This document shows, in pieces, positions 10,152-19,752 of a DNA stretch of 64,000 bases. Below the pieces are notes generated by a model. It was not told the origin of the DNA, ran no database searches, and saw nothing but the letters and a program-made list of their open reading frames with translations. Position 1 is the first letter of the stretch, and the number at the start of each line of letters is the position of its first letter. The translations under genes were made by a program, and so were the position numbers. The stretch is from an uncultured candidatus Brocadiaceae bacterium (lineage in GTDB: Bacteria; Planctomycetota; Brocadiia; SM23-32), in contig CAZNGS010000011.1 of assembly GCA_964572825.1 (NCBI GenBank), forward strand, positions 8,557 through 72,556, given 5' to 3'.

Positions 10152-10862
10152 TCACAGCGCGTCCCTGTCAACCGCGCGGGGCGGGCCCGCCACGCCCGGA
10201 ACCGGGCGCAGCAGCTCCAGCAGTTCGAGCGGCCCCTCGATGAGGGCCAGGGCGCCGCTTTCCTTCAGTTCCCCCGCATCCCGGAACCCCCACAGAACCC
10301 CCACTGCGTACATGCCGGCCGCACGGGCCGTGCGCATGTCCGTGTTCGTGTCGCCCAGGTAGAAGAATGCCTCGGGCCGGAGGCCCGCACATTCGGCCGC
10401 CTCGACCGCCGCCGCGGGGTCGGGCTTGAGCGGCACGCCCGGCCGGGCGCCCCTGACGACCGCGAAGTCCCACCGGGGCAGGAAGTGCTCCACTGTCTGA
10501 CGGGTGAACTCTTCGTCCTTGTTGGAGAGCACGCACAGGGCGAGGTCCCTTTCGTCCAGTGCATCCAACAGTTCCGCAATGCCCTCGTAAGGCCGGGTCT
10601 TGTCCGCCCAGCGCTGCGCGTACTCCCGACGGATGCCCGCCACAACCGCCTCCACTGTCTGCTCCTCGCGCCGGCCCTCCGGCAGGGCGCGCCGGGCGTG
10701 CTCGTGGATTCCGTCTCCCACGGTCTTTCGATAGGCATCCGCCCGGTGGGTGGGAAAGCCCATTCGCTCCAGAACGGCGTTCGTGGAGTCAGCCAGGTCC
10801 GCCAGCGTGTCGAGGAGCGTGCCGTCCAGATCGAACATCACGCCCCTGGGGTTATTCTTCAT
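10152..10862 (-). CDS. HAD-superfamily hydrolase (phosphoglycolate phosphatase-like)
   Basis: FDLDGTLLDT, LSNK, KPDP, YLGDTNTDM motifs; start trimmed to MKNNPRG. Confidence 0.9.
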   Translation of the reverse strand: MKNNPRGVMFDLDGTLLDTLADLADSTNAVLERMGFPTHRADAYRKTVGDGIHEHARRALPEGRREEQTVEAVVAGIRREYAQRWADKTRPYEGIAELLDALDERDLALCVLSNKDEEFTRQTVEHFLPRWDFAVVRGARPGVPLKPDPAAAVEAAECAGLRPEAFFYLGDTNTDMRTARAAGMYAVGVLWGFRDAGELKESGALALIEGPLELLELLRPVPGVAGPPRAVDRDAL

Positions 10863-11045
10863 GGGTTGACCCCGGGAGAAACCATTGTGTGGAATGCCGG
10901 AGAGTCCAGCATAACGGAAAACAGCCCGCACGTCAGGGCAAGGGTGTGCTGGACCGGGGGGTTTGCCCGCCGACTTGCGCCGGTGGGGCCACAGAGCTAC
11001 AATTCCCCTGATTTCGTGCCCTTCTGTAAAGGACGGACTCTGCCC

Positions 11046-12080
11046 ATGGGAACAAACAGGACGATGAAGGCCGTGTATCTGCAGGAAGCCGGACGGACGG
11101 TGGAGAGGGAAGTGCCCGTGCCGGAGCCGGGGCCGCGGGATGTCCTGGTGCAGATGAAAGCAGTGGGCGTCTGTGGGTCGGACGTTCACTTCTTCGAGGC
11201 CGGCCGGATTGACAGCTTCGTCGTCAGAGAACCTCTGATCCTGGGGCACGAGTGCGCCGGCGAGGTCGTCGAGGTGGGCGATCGGGTGAGTTCCCTCCGG
11301 GTGGGGGATAGAGTGGCGCTGGAGCCCGGCATCCCCTGCCGCCGGTGTGCCCGGTGTCTGAGCGGCAGCTACAACCTCTGCCCCGACGTGGTGTTCATGG
11401 CCGCGCCGCCCCACGACGGGGCCTTCCGGGAATACGTGACCTCGCCGGAGGACTTCGCCTACCGGCTGCCCGACAACGTGAGCATGGAGGCGGGGGCTAC
11501 GATCGAGCCGCTGGCGGTGGGCATGCACGCCTGCAACCTGGTGGACCTGCGGCCGGGGGAGAGCGTGGTGGTGCTGGGCGCCGGCCCCATCGGCCTGCTG
11601 GCCGTGGCCGCAGCGGCCGCGTACGGCGCCACGCGGATCGTCGCCGTCGACCTGCTGGCGAATCGTCTGCAGTTCGCCCCCCGCATGGGAGCCACCGATA
11701 CGGTGAACGCGGCGCAGACGGAAGTGGCCCAGGAGCTGGACGGTACGGCGGACGTGGTGCTGGACTGCGTGGGCCTACCGCAGACCGCCCGGCAGGCATT
11801 CGACATCGCCCGCCGGGGGGGACGGGTGGCCTGGGTGGGCATGGGTTGCGACAGCGTCCAGGTTCCCCTCGTCAAGGCGCAGGTCAAAGAGGTCTCCGTG
11901 CACCCGGTCTTCCGCTACGCCAACGTGTACCAGGCGGCGGTCAACCTCATGGCAGCGGGCAGGATACAGACGGACCCGATGGTGACCCACCGGTTCGAGT
12001 TCCCGCGGGTGGAGGAAGCGCTGCGCTTCTCGGCGGAGAACAAGCAGGTTTCGCTGAAGACCATGGTGGTTTTTGACTGA
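11046..12080 (+). CDS. Zn-dependent polyol dehydrogenase (sorbitol/xylitol dehydrogenase-like)
   Basis: GVCGSDVH, LGHE, CxxCxxC-x7-C structural Zn site, GAGPIG; start trimmed from the long 9039 ORF. Confidence 0.92.
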   Translation: MGTNRTMKAVYLQEAGRTVEREVPVPEPGPRDVLVQMKAVGVCGSDVHFFEAGRIDSFVVREPLILGHECAGEVVEVGDRVSSLRVGDRVALEPGIPCRRCARCLSGSYNLCPDVVFMAAPPHDGAFREYVTSPEDFAYRLPDNVSMEAGATIEPLAVGMHACNLVDLRPGESVVVLGAGPIGLLAVAAAAAYGATRIVAVDLLANRLQFAPRMGATDTVNAAQTEVAQELDGTADVVLDCVGLPQTARQAFDIARRGGRVAWVGMGCDSVQVPLVKAQVKEVSVHPVFRYANVYQAAVNLMAAGRIQTDPMVTHRFEFPRVEEALRFSAENKQVSLKTMVVFD

Positions 12081-12127
12081 GAAGGCCCGGAAAAGACCCG
12101 TATCGGCCTTGTTTTCCGGTTTTGCGC

Positions 12128-12155
12128 TTGACAGCGCCCCGGTCGGCTGTAATAT
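12128..12155 (+). promoter_or_regulatory. Sigma70-like promoter of the histone gene
   Basis: TTGACA-N16-TAATAT about 60 bp upstream of the ATG. Confidence 0.6.
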
Positions 12156-12214
12156 TATCTGGCAGGTTTTGGCGACTCATTGTTTTCTTAACCCCTGATG
12201 AGGAGGGTCAGTCT

Positions 12215-12394
12215 ATGGCGAAGGAGATGCTGGTCGTCGGGACGAAGGTCAAGAATTACGTCAAGGAAAAGGGCCTGATGAGCGCTGCCGAGTTGTTGGA
12301 CGCTCTGAATGAGTCAGTGTACGATCTGCTGGACGACGCGATCGAACGCGCTCAGGCCAACGGACGCAAGACGGTCAAAGGCCGGGACGTATAG
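12215..12394 (+). CDS. Bacterial histone-fold protein (Bd0055-like singlet histone), 59 aa
   Basis: MAKEMLVVGTKVKNYVKEKGLMSAAELLDALNESVYDLLDDAIERAQANGRKTVKGRDV: three-helix histone-fold pattern with the RKTV-x3-D signature; strong GAGGAGG RBS; own promoter and terminator. Confidence 0.85.
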   Translation: MAKEMLVVGTKVKNYVKEKGLMSAAELLDALNESVYDLLDDAIERAQANGRKTVKGRDV

Positions 12395-12411
12395 ACCAGT
12401 TCGCTTCACAT

Positions 12412-12443
12412 AAAAAGCCCCGCCCGAGAGAGCGGGGCTTTTT
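12412..12443. terminator. Bidirectional intrinsic terminator
   Basis: AAAAAGCCCCGC-N8-GCGGGGCTTTTT between convergent genes. Confidence 0.9.
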
Positions 12444-12464
12444 GCACGCACCTTCTGGAAAGGC

Positions 12465-13571
12465 TCAGTCCAGCTTCTCAAACGCCGCGATCGTTCCCCT
12501 CTGGTTGCCGATGTAGAGCACCGGCCGGGCGGGGTCGCCCGCCACCACGCAGTCACGCGGCAGCGGTTCCCGCCACAACTCTTCGCCCTCCGGCAGTGAC
12601 AGCGCCGCCACCGAGCCGTCCTCACACTCCACGTAAGCCACCCCGCTCACCGTGGTCAGCAGCCTCTCCCCAGAGGGGTAGCGCCACAGCACCTGGTGCT
12701 GGCCGGACGCTGTGATGCACGTGAGCGCGGGCGCGCTGGTGAACGCCAGCAGCCTGTCCTCCACAAGCCGCAGCGCCCCGAGAGGGGCTTCCAGGTGTGT
12801 GCGCCACTTCGGCTCGCCGTGTTCGCCGTCGAGTCCGTAGAGTATGCCGCGGTCATCGCCCACGAAGACGGTTCCGCCATGAGCCACAACACCGGTAGTC
12901 AGCCGGGATGGAGCGGCAGGCGTCCACCGCCACAGCTCCAGGCCGCTGTCGGGCGCCAGGCAGATAAGCTCCTGCCCTGCGGCGTAGAGATGGCCGGCCG
13001 CCAGAAGTGGTTTATCCCAGATAGTCCCCCGAATGGCGGTCCTCCACACCTCCTCGTGGTCTTCGACGGTCAGGCGGACGATGTCCCCGTCGGCGCCGGC
13101 CAGGATGACGCTGTCCTCGAAGACGAGCGGAGCAGCGAACTGGCCGAAACCCGTGGCGTAGGAAGGCCCCAGTTCCCCTGTCTGTCTGTCGAACCCGTAG
13201 AGGCGGCTGCCGGATGTGAAGAGCATGGTCTTGCCGAACAGGGCAGGGGCACACGCCAGACCGTAGCGGAGTTTGGTCATGGTCTCCCACCGCCCGGTTT
13301 CGGCCTCCAGCAGATGCAACTCCCCGCCGGGCGTTTCGGCCACCAGATGCCGACCCAGGGGGTAGAGTCTTTCGAGCCTGTCCCCACCGATGCGCCCCAG
13401 TTCCGCCCGCCAGAGGAACTTCAGGCCGAACTGTTCGACCTCGAACAGGGGATTAGCCGGGGAAAGGCTCGACTGCCGGCCGCCCGCCTCGACCCCAAAC
13501 TGAAGCGAGAGCAGCAGCACAGCACCGAGCAGCAAAACCAGACCGACGCAACGGGACAGAGCAACTCTCAT
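12465..13571 (-). CDS. Secreted PQQ-like beta-propeller repeat protein (BamB-like)
   Basis: Signal peptide; repeated G.LY.LD...G...W motifs (GILYGLDGEHGEPKWR, ALSLPEGEELWR). Confidence 0.8.
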   Translation of the reverse strand: MRVALSRCVGLVLLLGAVLLLSLQFGVEAGGRQSSLSPANPLFEVEQFGLKFLWRAELGRIGGDRLERLYPLGRHLVAETPGGELHLLEAETGRWETMTKLRYGLACAPALFGKTMLFTSGSRLYGFDRQTGELGPSYATGFGQFAAPLVFEDSVILAGADGDIVRLTVEDHEEVWRTAIRGTIWDKPLLAAGHLYAAGQELICLAPDSGLELWRWTPAAPSRLTTGVVAHGGTVFVGDDRGILYGLDGEHGEPKWRTHLEAPLGALRLVEDRLLAFTSAPALTCITASGQHQVLWRYPSGERLLTTVSGVAYVECEDGSVAALSLPEGEELWREPLPRDCVVAGDPARPVLYIGNQRGTIAAFEKLD

Positions 13572-13773
13572 AGCCAGGTCCTCCCGAGCCCGACGAATTC
13601 CTGATCAAGCCTCGCCCAGGCCGCCCGAAACGCCGCACACCGGCAGCCCGCCGCTTTTCTCCAGAACTGTAACCTTACCGCTGGCCGCTGTCAAGCAGAA
13701 AGAAAGCGCAGTGGACGCCCCGCCGCCGGGGCGTTAGACTGGCTCACAGACGGCATCTCGCCAGGGAGCAGAT

Positions 13774-14262
13774 GTGAAGAAACCGCCCCGGTTCTTCTGC
13801 GATGCGATGCTGGGTGGACTGGCCCGGTGGTTGCGCGCCGCCGGCTACAGCGCCTGGTTTGACGTCCACATTCGGGACGGCCGGCTGGTGCGCCTGGCCC
13901 TGGAGAAAGACAGATGCCTTCTGACAAGTGACTCCGGGCTGATGGAGCGTTACGCCGTCAGCGAGGGGCTGGTGCCGTGCGTATTCGTGCCCCGGGGGCT
14001 GTCACCGGTGGCCCAGCTCGGCCATGTTCTGGGTGAGCTCGACCTGCCCCTGCGGGAGCCGCGGTGCATGGACTGCGACGGGGAGCTGAAGGAGGTTCCG
14101 CCCGAGGAGGTCGCCGAAGATGTGCCCCCGCGGGCCCGTCGGGCCTACCGTCGTTTCTTCCGTTGCACGGGCTGCCAGAAGGTCTACTGGCGCGGCACCC
14201 ATTGGGAAAGCATCCGGACCAGACTGGCGGAAGCCCTCGAGATGGCCGGGCGGGGCGGCTGA
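13774..14262 (+). CDS. Mut7-C RNase domain protein (PIN fold + Zn ribbon)
   Basis: RFFCDAMLGGLARWLRAAGY, RCMDCDG, RCTGCQKVYWRGTHW. Confidence 0.9.
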   Translation: MKKPPRFFCDAMLGGLARWLRAAGYSAWFDVHIRDGRLVRLALEKDRCLLTSDSGLMERYAVSEGLVPCVFVPRGLSPVAQLGHVLGELDLPLREPRCMDCDGELKEVPPEEVAEDVPPRARRAYRRFFRCTGCQKVYWRGTHWESIRTRLAEALEMAGRGG

Positions 14263-14428
14263 CGCCTTTCACTTGCGGCCCCCGGGCGATTGCGCCATAA
14301 TACGGAACGCGTCGGCTGAAAACGAGGGTGCCGGCGCATTTACCCCGAATGCACTAGAGGCAGGCACACGCCTGGAGGGAGTTTCTCTCTTGCGCGGTGC
14401 TCCGAGGATTGTGAGCAACGCCCCGAAG

Positions 14429-15766
14429 ATGCCCGCTAAAGAGCCCTTGCCTTCGGATCCGGAGAAGTTGCGGCTGAAGGCTAAAGAGCTTATGCGCGAG
14501 TTGAAGCGGGCCCATCTGCGTATCGATGCGCTGGAAACCACTCTGAAGTCCAGGAATGCCGGCGGGGGAGTGGCGGCCACCGACGAGAGTGAGATGCGCC
14601 TGCTGGCAGAGCAGCTCGAGCGGCAGGCCATGCTGCTGGAACGGGATGAGCAGGTGGCCCGGGAGCTTCAGCGCAGCCTGCGGCCCGTCACCGAGGAGGC
14701 CCCCGACGGCGTCCAGTTCGCCATCCGCACCAAACCCGGTCGGCGCGTGGGGGGGGACTTCTACGATATTATCAATATGTCCGACAACTTCGTCGGCTTT
14801 CTCATCGCCGACGTCTCCGGCTACGGCCTCCCCGCATCCGTTATCATGGCCACCGGAAGGCTGGCCTTCCGCACCTATGCCACCAACGACATCAACCCGC
14901 GCAGCATCATGAGCAACGTGAACCGCGCCATGCTGCGCAGCACCCTGGCGGGACACTACATGACGGCCTTCGTGGGCGTGCTCGACACGGAGTTGCTCAC
15001 CCTCCAGTACGTGAATGCCTCCCACTGCAGCCCCGTGATTTTGCGGAATGGAGAGGCCATTCCGCTGGACACGGAGGGCCTGTTCGTCGGGATGTTCGAG
15101 GACCCGCAGTACGAGCAAAAAGGCCTGCAACTGGAGAAGCACGACCGCATACTGCTCTATACCGACGGGCTTCTGAACGGCTTCCAGACCCAGGATCGCC
15201 GCAGTTCGGAGCGAAAACTGCAGGAGTACTTGAAGGCGCACACCGAACTGGGCATCGAGGAGCTGGTCAATCAGTTAAGCGAGCTGCTGGAGGAGCCCGA
15301 GGACGACGTGGCACTGCTGGGCGTCGAGATGCTCCTTGAGAAAGCCCAGCGCAAGACCGTGGCCATCTCCAGCATCCCCGGCCAGGTGCACCATGTTGAG
15401 AACGCCATCCTGCCGGTGTTGGAGAACAAGGGCTACGGGGAGCGCAACATCTTTGCGGTGAAGCTGGCCCTGGAAGAAGCGGTGATCAACGCCATCAAGC
15501 ACGGCAACGAGCTGGATGACACCAAGAAAGTCACCATCAGCTTCTACATAGACGAAGACCGGGCCCTCATCTCGGTGGCCGACGAGGGACCGGGATTCGA
15601 TCCGGGAGATGTGCCGGACCCCACCAGCGACGACAATCTGCTGGCCACATCGGGACGGGGCTTGGCATTGATCCGCGCTTACATGGACGAGGTGCGATTC
15701 AACGACAAGGGCAATGAGATCACGATGATCAAGGTCGCCCCCTGGGCCGCCGCCAAACGCACCTGA
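14429..15766 (+). CDS. PP2C/SpoIIE phosphatase fused to an RsbW-like anti-sigma kinase domain
   Basis: Coiled coil, then VGGDFYD, IADVSGYG, LYTDGL, EDDVALL; C-terminal LALEEAVINAIKHGN, DEGPGFD, GRGL; start uncertain (14411 or 14429). Confidence 0.88.
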   Translation: MPAKEPLPSDPEKLRLKAKELMRELKRAHLRIDALETTLKSRNAGGGVAATDESEMRLLAEQLERQAMLLERDEQVARELQRSLRPVTEEAPDGVQFAIRTKPGRRVGGDFYDIINMSDNFVGFLIADVSGYGLPASVIMATGRLAFRTYATNDINPRSIMSNVNRAMLRSTLAGHYMTAFVGVLDTELLTLQYVNASHCSPVILRNGEAIPLDTEGLFVGMFEDPQYEQKGLQLEKHDRILLYTDGLLNGFQTQDRRSSERKLQEYLKAHTELGIEELVNQLSELLEEPEDDVALLGVEMLLEKAQRKTVAISSIPGQVHHVENAILPVLENKGYGERNIFAVKLALEEAVINAIKHGNELDDTKKVTISFYIDEDRALISVADEGPGFDPGDVPDPTSDDNLLATSGRGLALIRAYMDEVRFNDKGNEITMIKVAPWAAAKRT

Positions 15767-15788
15767 GCCTTTATCTGTTGAGCAAACC

Positions 15789-16142
15789 ATGCGCGAAGAC
15801 GGATCAGAGGCGACAATCGACGTGGAGTTCAGGGATGACGTCTGCGTGCTGCGCATCTCCGGCCAGATGCGCGAGATGGGTGCGGACGCCCTGCGTGAAG
15901 AGCTGGACGGGATCACCGAACAGAATTACCATAAGCTGATCTTCGACATGAGCGACGTCTCCTTCATCAGCTCCACCGGCCTGGGCCAGATGATGAGGGC
16001 CTTCCGCACGGCCAGTGAGAACGGCGGTTACGTCCGTATCGTCAACCCGCAGCCCCTGGTGGAAGAGGTATTCCGTTTTACGAAACTCCACACCCTCATC
16101 GGCATCTACCCCACTGTCGAAGATGCGTTGGAAGGCGAGTAG
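15789..16142 (+). CDS. STAS-domain anti-anti-sigma factor
   Basis: DMSDVSFISSTGLG with phosphorylatable Ser; directly follows the phosphatase/kinase gene. Confidence 0.9.
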   Translation: MREDGSEATIDVEFRDDVCVLRISGQMREMGADALREELDGITEQNYHKLIFDMSDVSFISSTGLGQMMRAFRTASENGGYVRIVNPQPLVEEVFRFTKLHTLIGIYPTVEDALEGE

Positions 16143-16152
16143 CTCCTCCACC

Positions 16153-17265
16153 TCAGGGCGTTGCCCCGCCGCCGGCAACCCTCCGGGAAGCTCTGACCAG
16201 TCCGCCCAGTCCAAACCCCTTTCCCCACAGCAGCGCGAGTCCCACCAGCGTGATGGGCACCATGTGGAGAAGCCACAATACCGTGGCAAACGCGGCCGCC
16301 TCCCCGTCCGGCACGCCGTAGAGCTCCACCCCAACCATGGCAGCCACCTGGTAGACGCCGATAAACCCCGGCCCCTGGGGCACCACCACCGCCAGAGTCA
16401 CCAGTGACTGCACCAGCAAGGCCCCCGCCAAAGGCAGGCCCAGACCGAATGCCTCACTCACATACCACGCACTGAGCGGGTAGCAGAACCACAGCAAGAG
16501 GGTCATGCCCAGGGCCGTCGCGACAGGACCGGGACTTTTCAGGAACTCCAGCGCCTCCAGAGCCGACCCTCCCGCCGCCAGAAGCCTCTGACGCCACCCG
16601 GCGGGCAGGGGTCGCAGCACGAACTCGGCGGTTCGCAAGGCCAGTGGGGGATGCGCTGCGACCGCCACCAGGACGGCCATGGCCAGCAGGGCAAAGCCGG
16701 CAAACCACGGCAGCTCTTCCCGCAGCCTGCCCGCCCAGGGCGGCACTTCCGCCCGCTGCTGCGTGGTCTCCTGCACCGCAACCGGGGGCGCATCACTCAC
16801 CCGATGGCTCACTTCGCCCCATCCGGGCAACAGGCAGAGCGTCAGAAAGATTATCGAACAGGCACCCACCAGGTCATAAACCCGGGCCAGGCCCACACCC
16901 GTGCCGGCCGCCGAACCCAGGGATATCCCGCTGAGCCTGGAGAGCACATAGGGGCGGATCAGCTCGCCCGCCCTGAGCGGCAGCACGCAACTCGACATGA
17001 ACCCGATGCAGACAGCGCTCGTGAGATGGCCATACGGCACGGCGTGGATGGGAGCCAGGAATACGTGCCAGCGCATCACGCGCAACACATAGGACAGAAC
17101 CAGGCACAGCAACGCGGGCAGCAGGTAGAGGTAGTTGGCCGCCACCAGCACGTCCCCCAGCCGCCCCCAGTGCCCCCGGAGCTTTACCAGAAAGAACGCC
17201 ATCGCCCCGGCACTGATCAGCAGGCCGATCGCAACGGTCAGATGGCGCCGCCAGCGTATGGCCAT
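16153..17265 (-). CDS. Lysylphosphatidylglycerol synthase TM domain (flippase-like) membrane protein
   Basis: LRVMRW, IGFM...LPLRAGELIR, PQGPGFIGVYQ; start trimmed to MAIRWRRH. Confidence 0.85.
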   Translation of the reverse strand: MAIRWRRHLTVAIGLLISAGAMAFFLVKLRGHWGRLGDVLVAANYLYLLPALLCLVLSYVLRVMRWHVFLAPIHAVPYGHLTSAVCIGFMSSCVLPLRAGELIRPYVLSRLSGISLGSAAGTGVGLARVYDLVGACSIIFLTLCLLPGWGEVSHRVSDAPPVAVQETTQQRAEVPPWAGRLREELPWFAGFALLAMAVLVAVAAHPPLALRTAEFVLRPLPAGWRQRLLAAGGSALEALEFLKSPGPVATALGMTLLLWFCYPLSAWYVSEAFGLGLPLAGALLVQSLVTLAVVVPQGPGFIGVYQVAAMVGVELYGVPDGEAAAFATVLWLLHMVPITLVGLALLWGKGFGLGGLVRASRRVAGGGATP

Positions 17266-17514
17266 GGGGACCCTTTCGCCCGGTGGTCGAGAGGCGCCAA
17301 TGTACCTCAGCCGGCGGCGGGCTTCAAACGGGGGCCGGTGGGTCGCCGTTTGGTCTGTAGCACGGGCTCGGGGCCCGCCCCATAATAATGGGTAGGCGCG
17401 GCGTCCTCGCCGTGCAAGGTCCTTTATCACCCCGGCTCGTCCCCTCCGAACTTGCATCTCGGCCGTAGAACTGATTAGATACCCCTTTACCGGGCTCTGC
17501 GAGGATGTTCGTCC

Positions 17515-18630
17515 ATGAGCAAAGTGCACATCCCGCTCGGTGAGCGGTCCTACGACATACTGGTGGATTTCGGCTGGCTCGGGGAACTCGGACGGGCGCT
17601 GCGGGAAAGGAATATCGGTCACGACACCCTGGCCGTGGTCACCAGCCCCCGCGTCGGCGGCTATTACTACGAACGCCTTGCGGCCGGGCTGCGGGAGGCC
17701 GGGTTCGACCACGTCGGCCGATGGGACCTGCCCGACGGCGAGGAGAACAAGAACCTGGAGAACTTTGCCGCTGCCGTGCGCTGGCTGGCCGATTTCGCCC
17801 CGGATGCTTCCGTGCGTCCCGCCGTGGTGGCCCTGGGCGGAGGTGTGGTGGGTGACCTGGCCGGGTTCGCGGCGGCCGCGTTCCGCCGCGGGGTGCCCTA
17901 CGTGCAGGTGCCTACAACCCTGCTCTCCGCCGTGGACAGCAGCGTGGGGGGGAAGACCGCCGTCAACCTGCCCCAGGGCAAGAACCTGGTGGGCGCTTTC
18001 TACCAGCCCCGGCTGGTCTTTATGGACCTGGATGCCCTGAAGACGCTCGAGGCCCGCGAGTTGCGCTCGGGAGCGGCAGAAGTCATAAAGTACGGCGCCG
18101 CGCTCGACGCGGAGCTGTTCGAGTTCCTGGAGGAATCGGTGGAGGACCTGCTCCGGCTGGAGCGCGGGGCGTTGATGCGCGTCGTGCCCGCGTGTATCGA
18201 GCTGAAAGCAGAGGTGGTCCGGCGAGATGAACGGGACGACCGGCACGTGCGCATCTGCCTGAATTTCGGCCACACGCTGGGACACGCCATCGAGCGCGCG
18301 GCGGACGGCCGACTGCGCCACGGGGAGGCCGTCGCCGTCGGCATGGTTGCCGCCGCCCTGATATCGGCCCGGCTGGAGCTGTGCCCCTCCGCGGTCGTCG
18401 AACGCCTGAGAGCGCTCATCCGTCGGGCCGGGCTGCCGGACCGGGTCGAGGGCCTCGACGTGGAGCGCGTGCTGGACCTGATGCGGCACGACAAAAAGTT
18501 CATTACGGGCGAGAACCGGTTCGTGCTCCTGACGGAAACAGGCCGGTGGATTGAGCGGACCGGCGTCCCGGAAGCGGTGATTCACCGGGCCGCCCGCGAG
18601 GTGATCGTCCAGGGAAAAGAGGGCAACTGA
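17515..18630 (+). CDS. aroB: 3-dehydroquinate synthase
   Basis: ALGGGVVGDLAGF, QVPTTLL..VDSSVGGKTAVN, LNFGHTLGHAIE, HGEAVAVGM. Confidence 0.96.
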   Translation: MSKVHIPLGERSYDILVDFGWLGELGRALRERNIGHDTLAVVTSPRVGGYYYERLAAGLREAGFDHVGRWDLPDGEENKNLENFAAAVRWLADFAPDASVRPAVVALGGGVVGDLAGFAAAAFRRGVPYVQVPTTLLSAVDSSVGGKTAVNLPQGKNLVGAFYQPRLVFMDLDALKTLEARELRSGAAEVIKYGAALDAELFEFLEESVEDLLRLERGALMRVVPACIELKAEVVRRDERDDRHVRICLNFGHTLGHAIERAADGRLRHGEAVAVGMVAAALISARLELCPSAVVERLRALIRRAGLPDRVEGLDVERVLDLMRHDKKFITGENRFVLLTETGRWIERTGVPEAVIHRAAREVIVQGKEGN

Positions 18631-18656
18631 CTCAAGCGATCGGAGGAGATCCGTCC

Positions 18657-18980
18657 GTGATAACCATTCAGGATTTCAAGAAGATAGAGATGAAGGCGGG
18701 CAAAGTGGTCTCGGTTGAAGAACATCCCAACGCGGACAAATTGATCATCGTCCGGGCGGACGTGGGCGAAGAGAGGCCGCGCACGCTGGTGGCCGGGCTC
18801 AAGGATTACTACACCGCCGAGGAGCTGGAAGGCAGGTGCATTGTGGTGGTCACAAACCTGGAGCCGGCCCAGCTCCGGGGTGTGCGCAGCGAGGGCATGT
18901 TGCTGGCGGCGCAGGACGGAGAGGACATCGTTCTGCTGACCCTGGACCGAGAGGTGACTCCGGGTTCTCCGGTCCTGTGA
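18657..18980 (+). CDS. tRNA-binding OB-fold protein (MetG C-terminal/CsaA/Trbp111-like)
   Basis: ITIQDFKKIEMKAGKV, HPNADKL, NLEPAQLRGVRSEGMLLAA. Confidence 0.9.
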   Translation: MITIQDFKKIEMKAGKVVSVEEHPNADKLIIVRADVGEERPRTLVAGLKDYYTAEELEGRCIVVVTNLEPAQLRGVRSEGMLLAAQDGEDIVLLTLDREVTPGSPVL

Positions 18981-18992
18981 GGGCCGGTCTGC

Positions 18993-19388
18993 CTACTGGA
19001 TGCGCGTGATGGTGCCGTTGCCGGTTATCTTGACGGTGCTGTAGCGGTACCCCTGGACGCTGCCCGCCCACGTCACTTCGAGCGCGTCGGCGGTGCCCGT
19101 GATGCTGAAGTCGCCGAAGGCGACGTACTTCATGTCATCGAAGCTCTCCGCGGTCAGCAGGGGGCCCTCCCAGTTGGTTAGCTGGCCGATGTCGGTGGGG
19201 TATGTGTCGTGCTCGGCCCAGTACACCCGGGCCGCCCGCCGCACGGTGCCCAGACCCGCCATGATTTCGCTCTCGTACGCGCGCGTGACGGTGCTCCGGT
19301 AAATGGGGACGGCCGCAGCCGCCAGGATGCCAACGATTACGACCACGATCATCAGCTCGATCAGCGTGAAGGCTGCATTTGTTCGCAT
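18993..19388 (-). CDS. Type IV pilin-like protein
   Basis: Prepilin motif AFTLIELMIVVVIVGILAAAAVPIY with E5. Confidence 0.9.
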   Translation of the reverse strand: MRTNAAFTLIELMIVVVIVGILAAAAVPIYRSTVTRAYESEIMAGLGTVRRAARVYWAEHDTYPTDIGQLTNWEGPLLTAESFDDMKYVAFGDFSITGTADALEVTWAGSVQGYRYSTVKITGNGTITRIQ

Positions 19389-19486
19389 CGCTATCCGACC
19401 TCAGCTTGAGCCATCGGAAAACCCAGGTGTGTTTGAGCGGTCTCTCCATCGCACTGCGTGCAAACTGTACCAATTCCCACCAAATT

Positions 19487-19515
19487 ATGGTATCGCGATC
19501 GTACGGCGGTGTCAA
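19487..19515 (-). promoter_or_regulatory. Sigma70-like promoter of the pilin gene
   Basis: Minus strand TTGACA-N17-TACCAT. Confidence 0.65.
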
Positions 19516-19573
19516 GACTTCATCCGTGCGAGCGTCCGAATTTCGCCGCCCCGTCAAGAGGTTCCCCCGCCGC

Positions 19574-19752
19574 CAGGGTCATTCAGTTATCGGTTTTTCG
19601 TTGTCGTTTCCGGGTCACGGCTGCGCAGGCCCGGTTCCGGCCCGGATCATGCGAAGGCGGGTGAAAGGGCGATTCGTGTGTAGCACAGGCGCCCTCGCCT
19701 GTGGTCGTTACCCCGCCGGCTTTACGGCGCGTGGCACTTTTGAATGACCCTG
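19574..19752. mobile_element. 179-bp MITE, possibly ISAs1-derived
   Basis: Perfect 12-bp TIRs CAGGGTCATTCA (19574-19585) and TGAATGACCCTG (19741-19752), flanked by the 9-bp direct repeat CCCCGCCGC (19565-19573, 19753-19761); no transposase. Confidence 0.85.

Noticed and set aside
9039-11045. N-terminal two-thirds of the 1013-aa ORF, an apparent giant dehydrogenase fusion
   Set aside because: It is the antisense shadow of the RpiR and HAD genes; the real CDS starts near 11046
17266-18585. N-terminal extension of the 810-aa minus ORF
   Set aside because: Antisense to aroB; the real gene starts at 17265
19458-19475. Possible sigma54 promoter for the pilin (minus-strand TGGTAC...TTGC)
   Set aside because: GG-to-GC spacing is 8 nt rather than 10; a sigma70 promoter fits better
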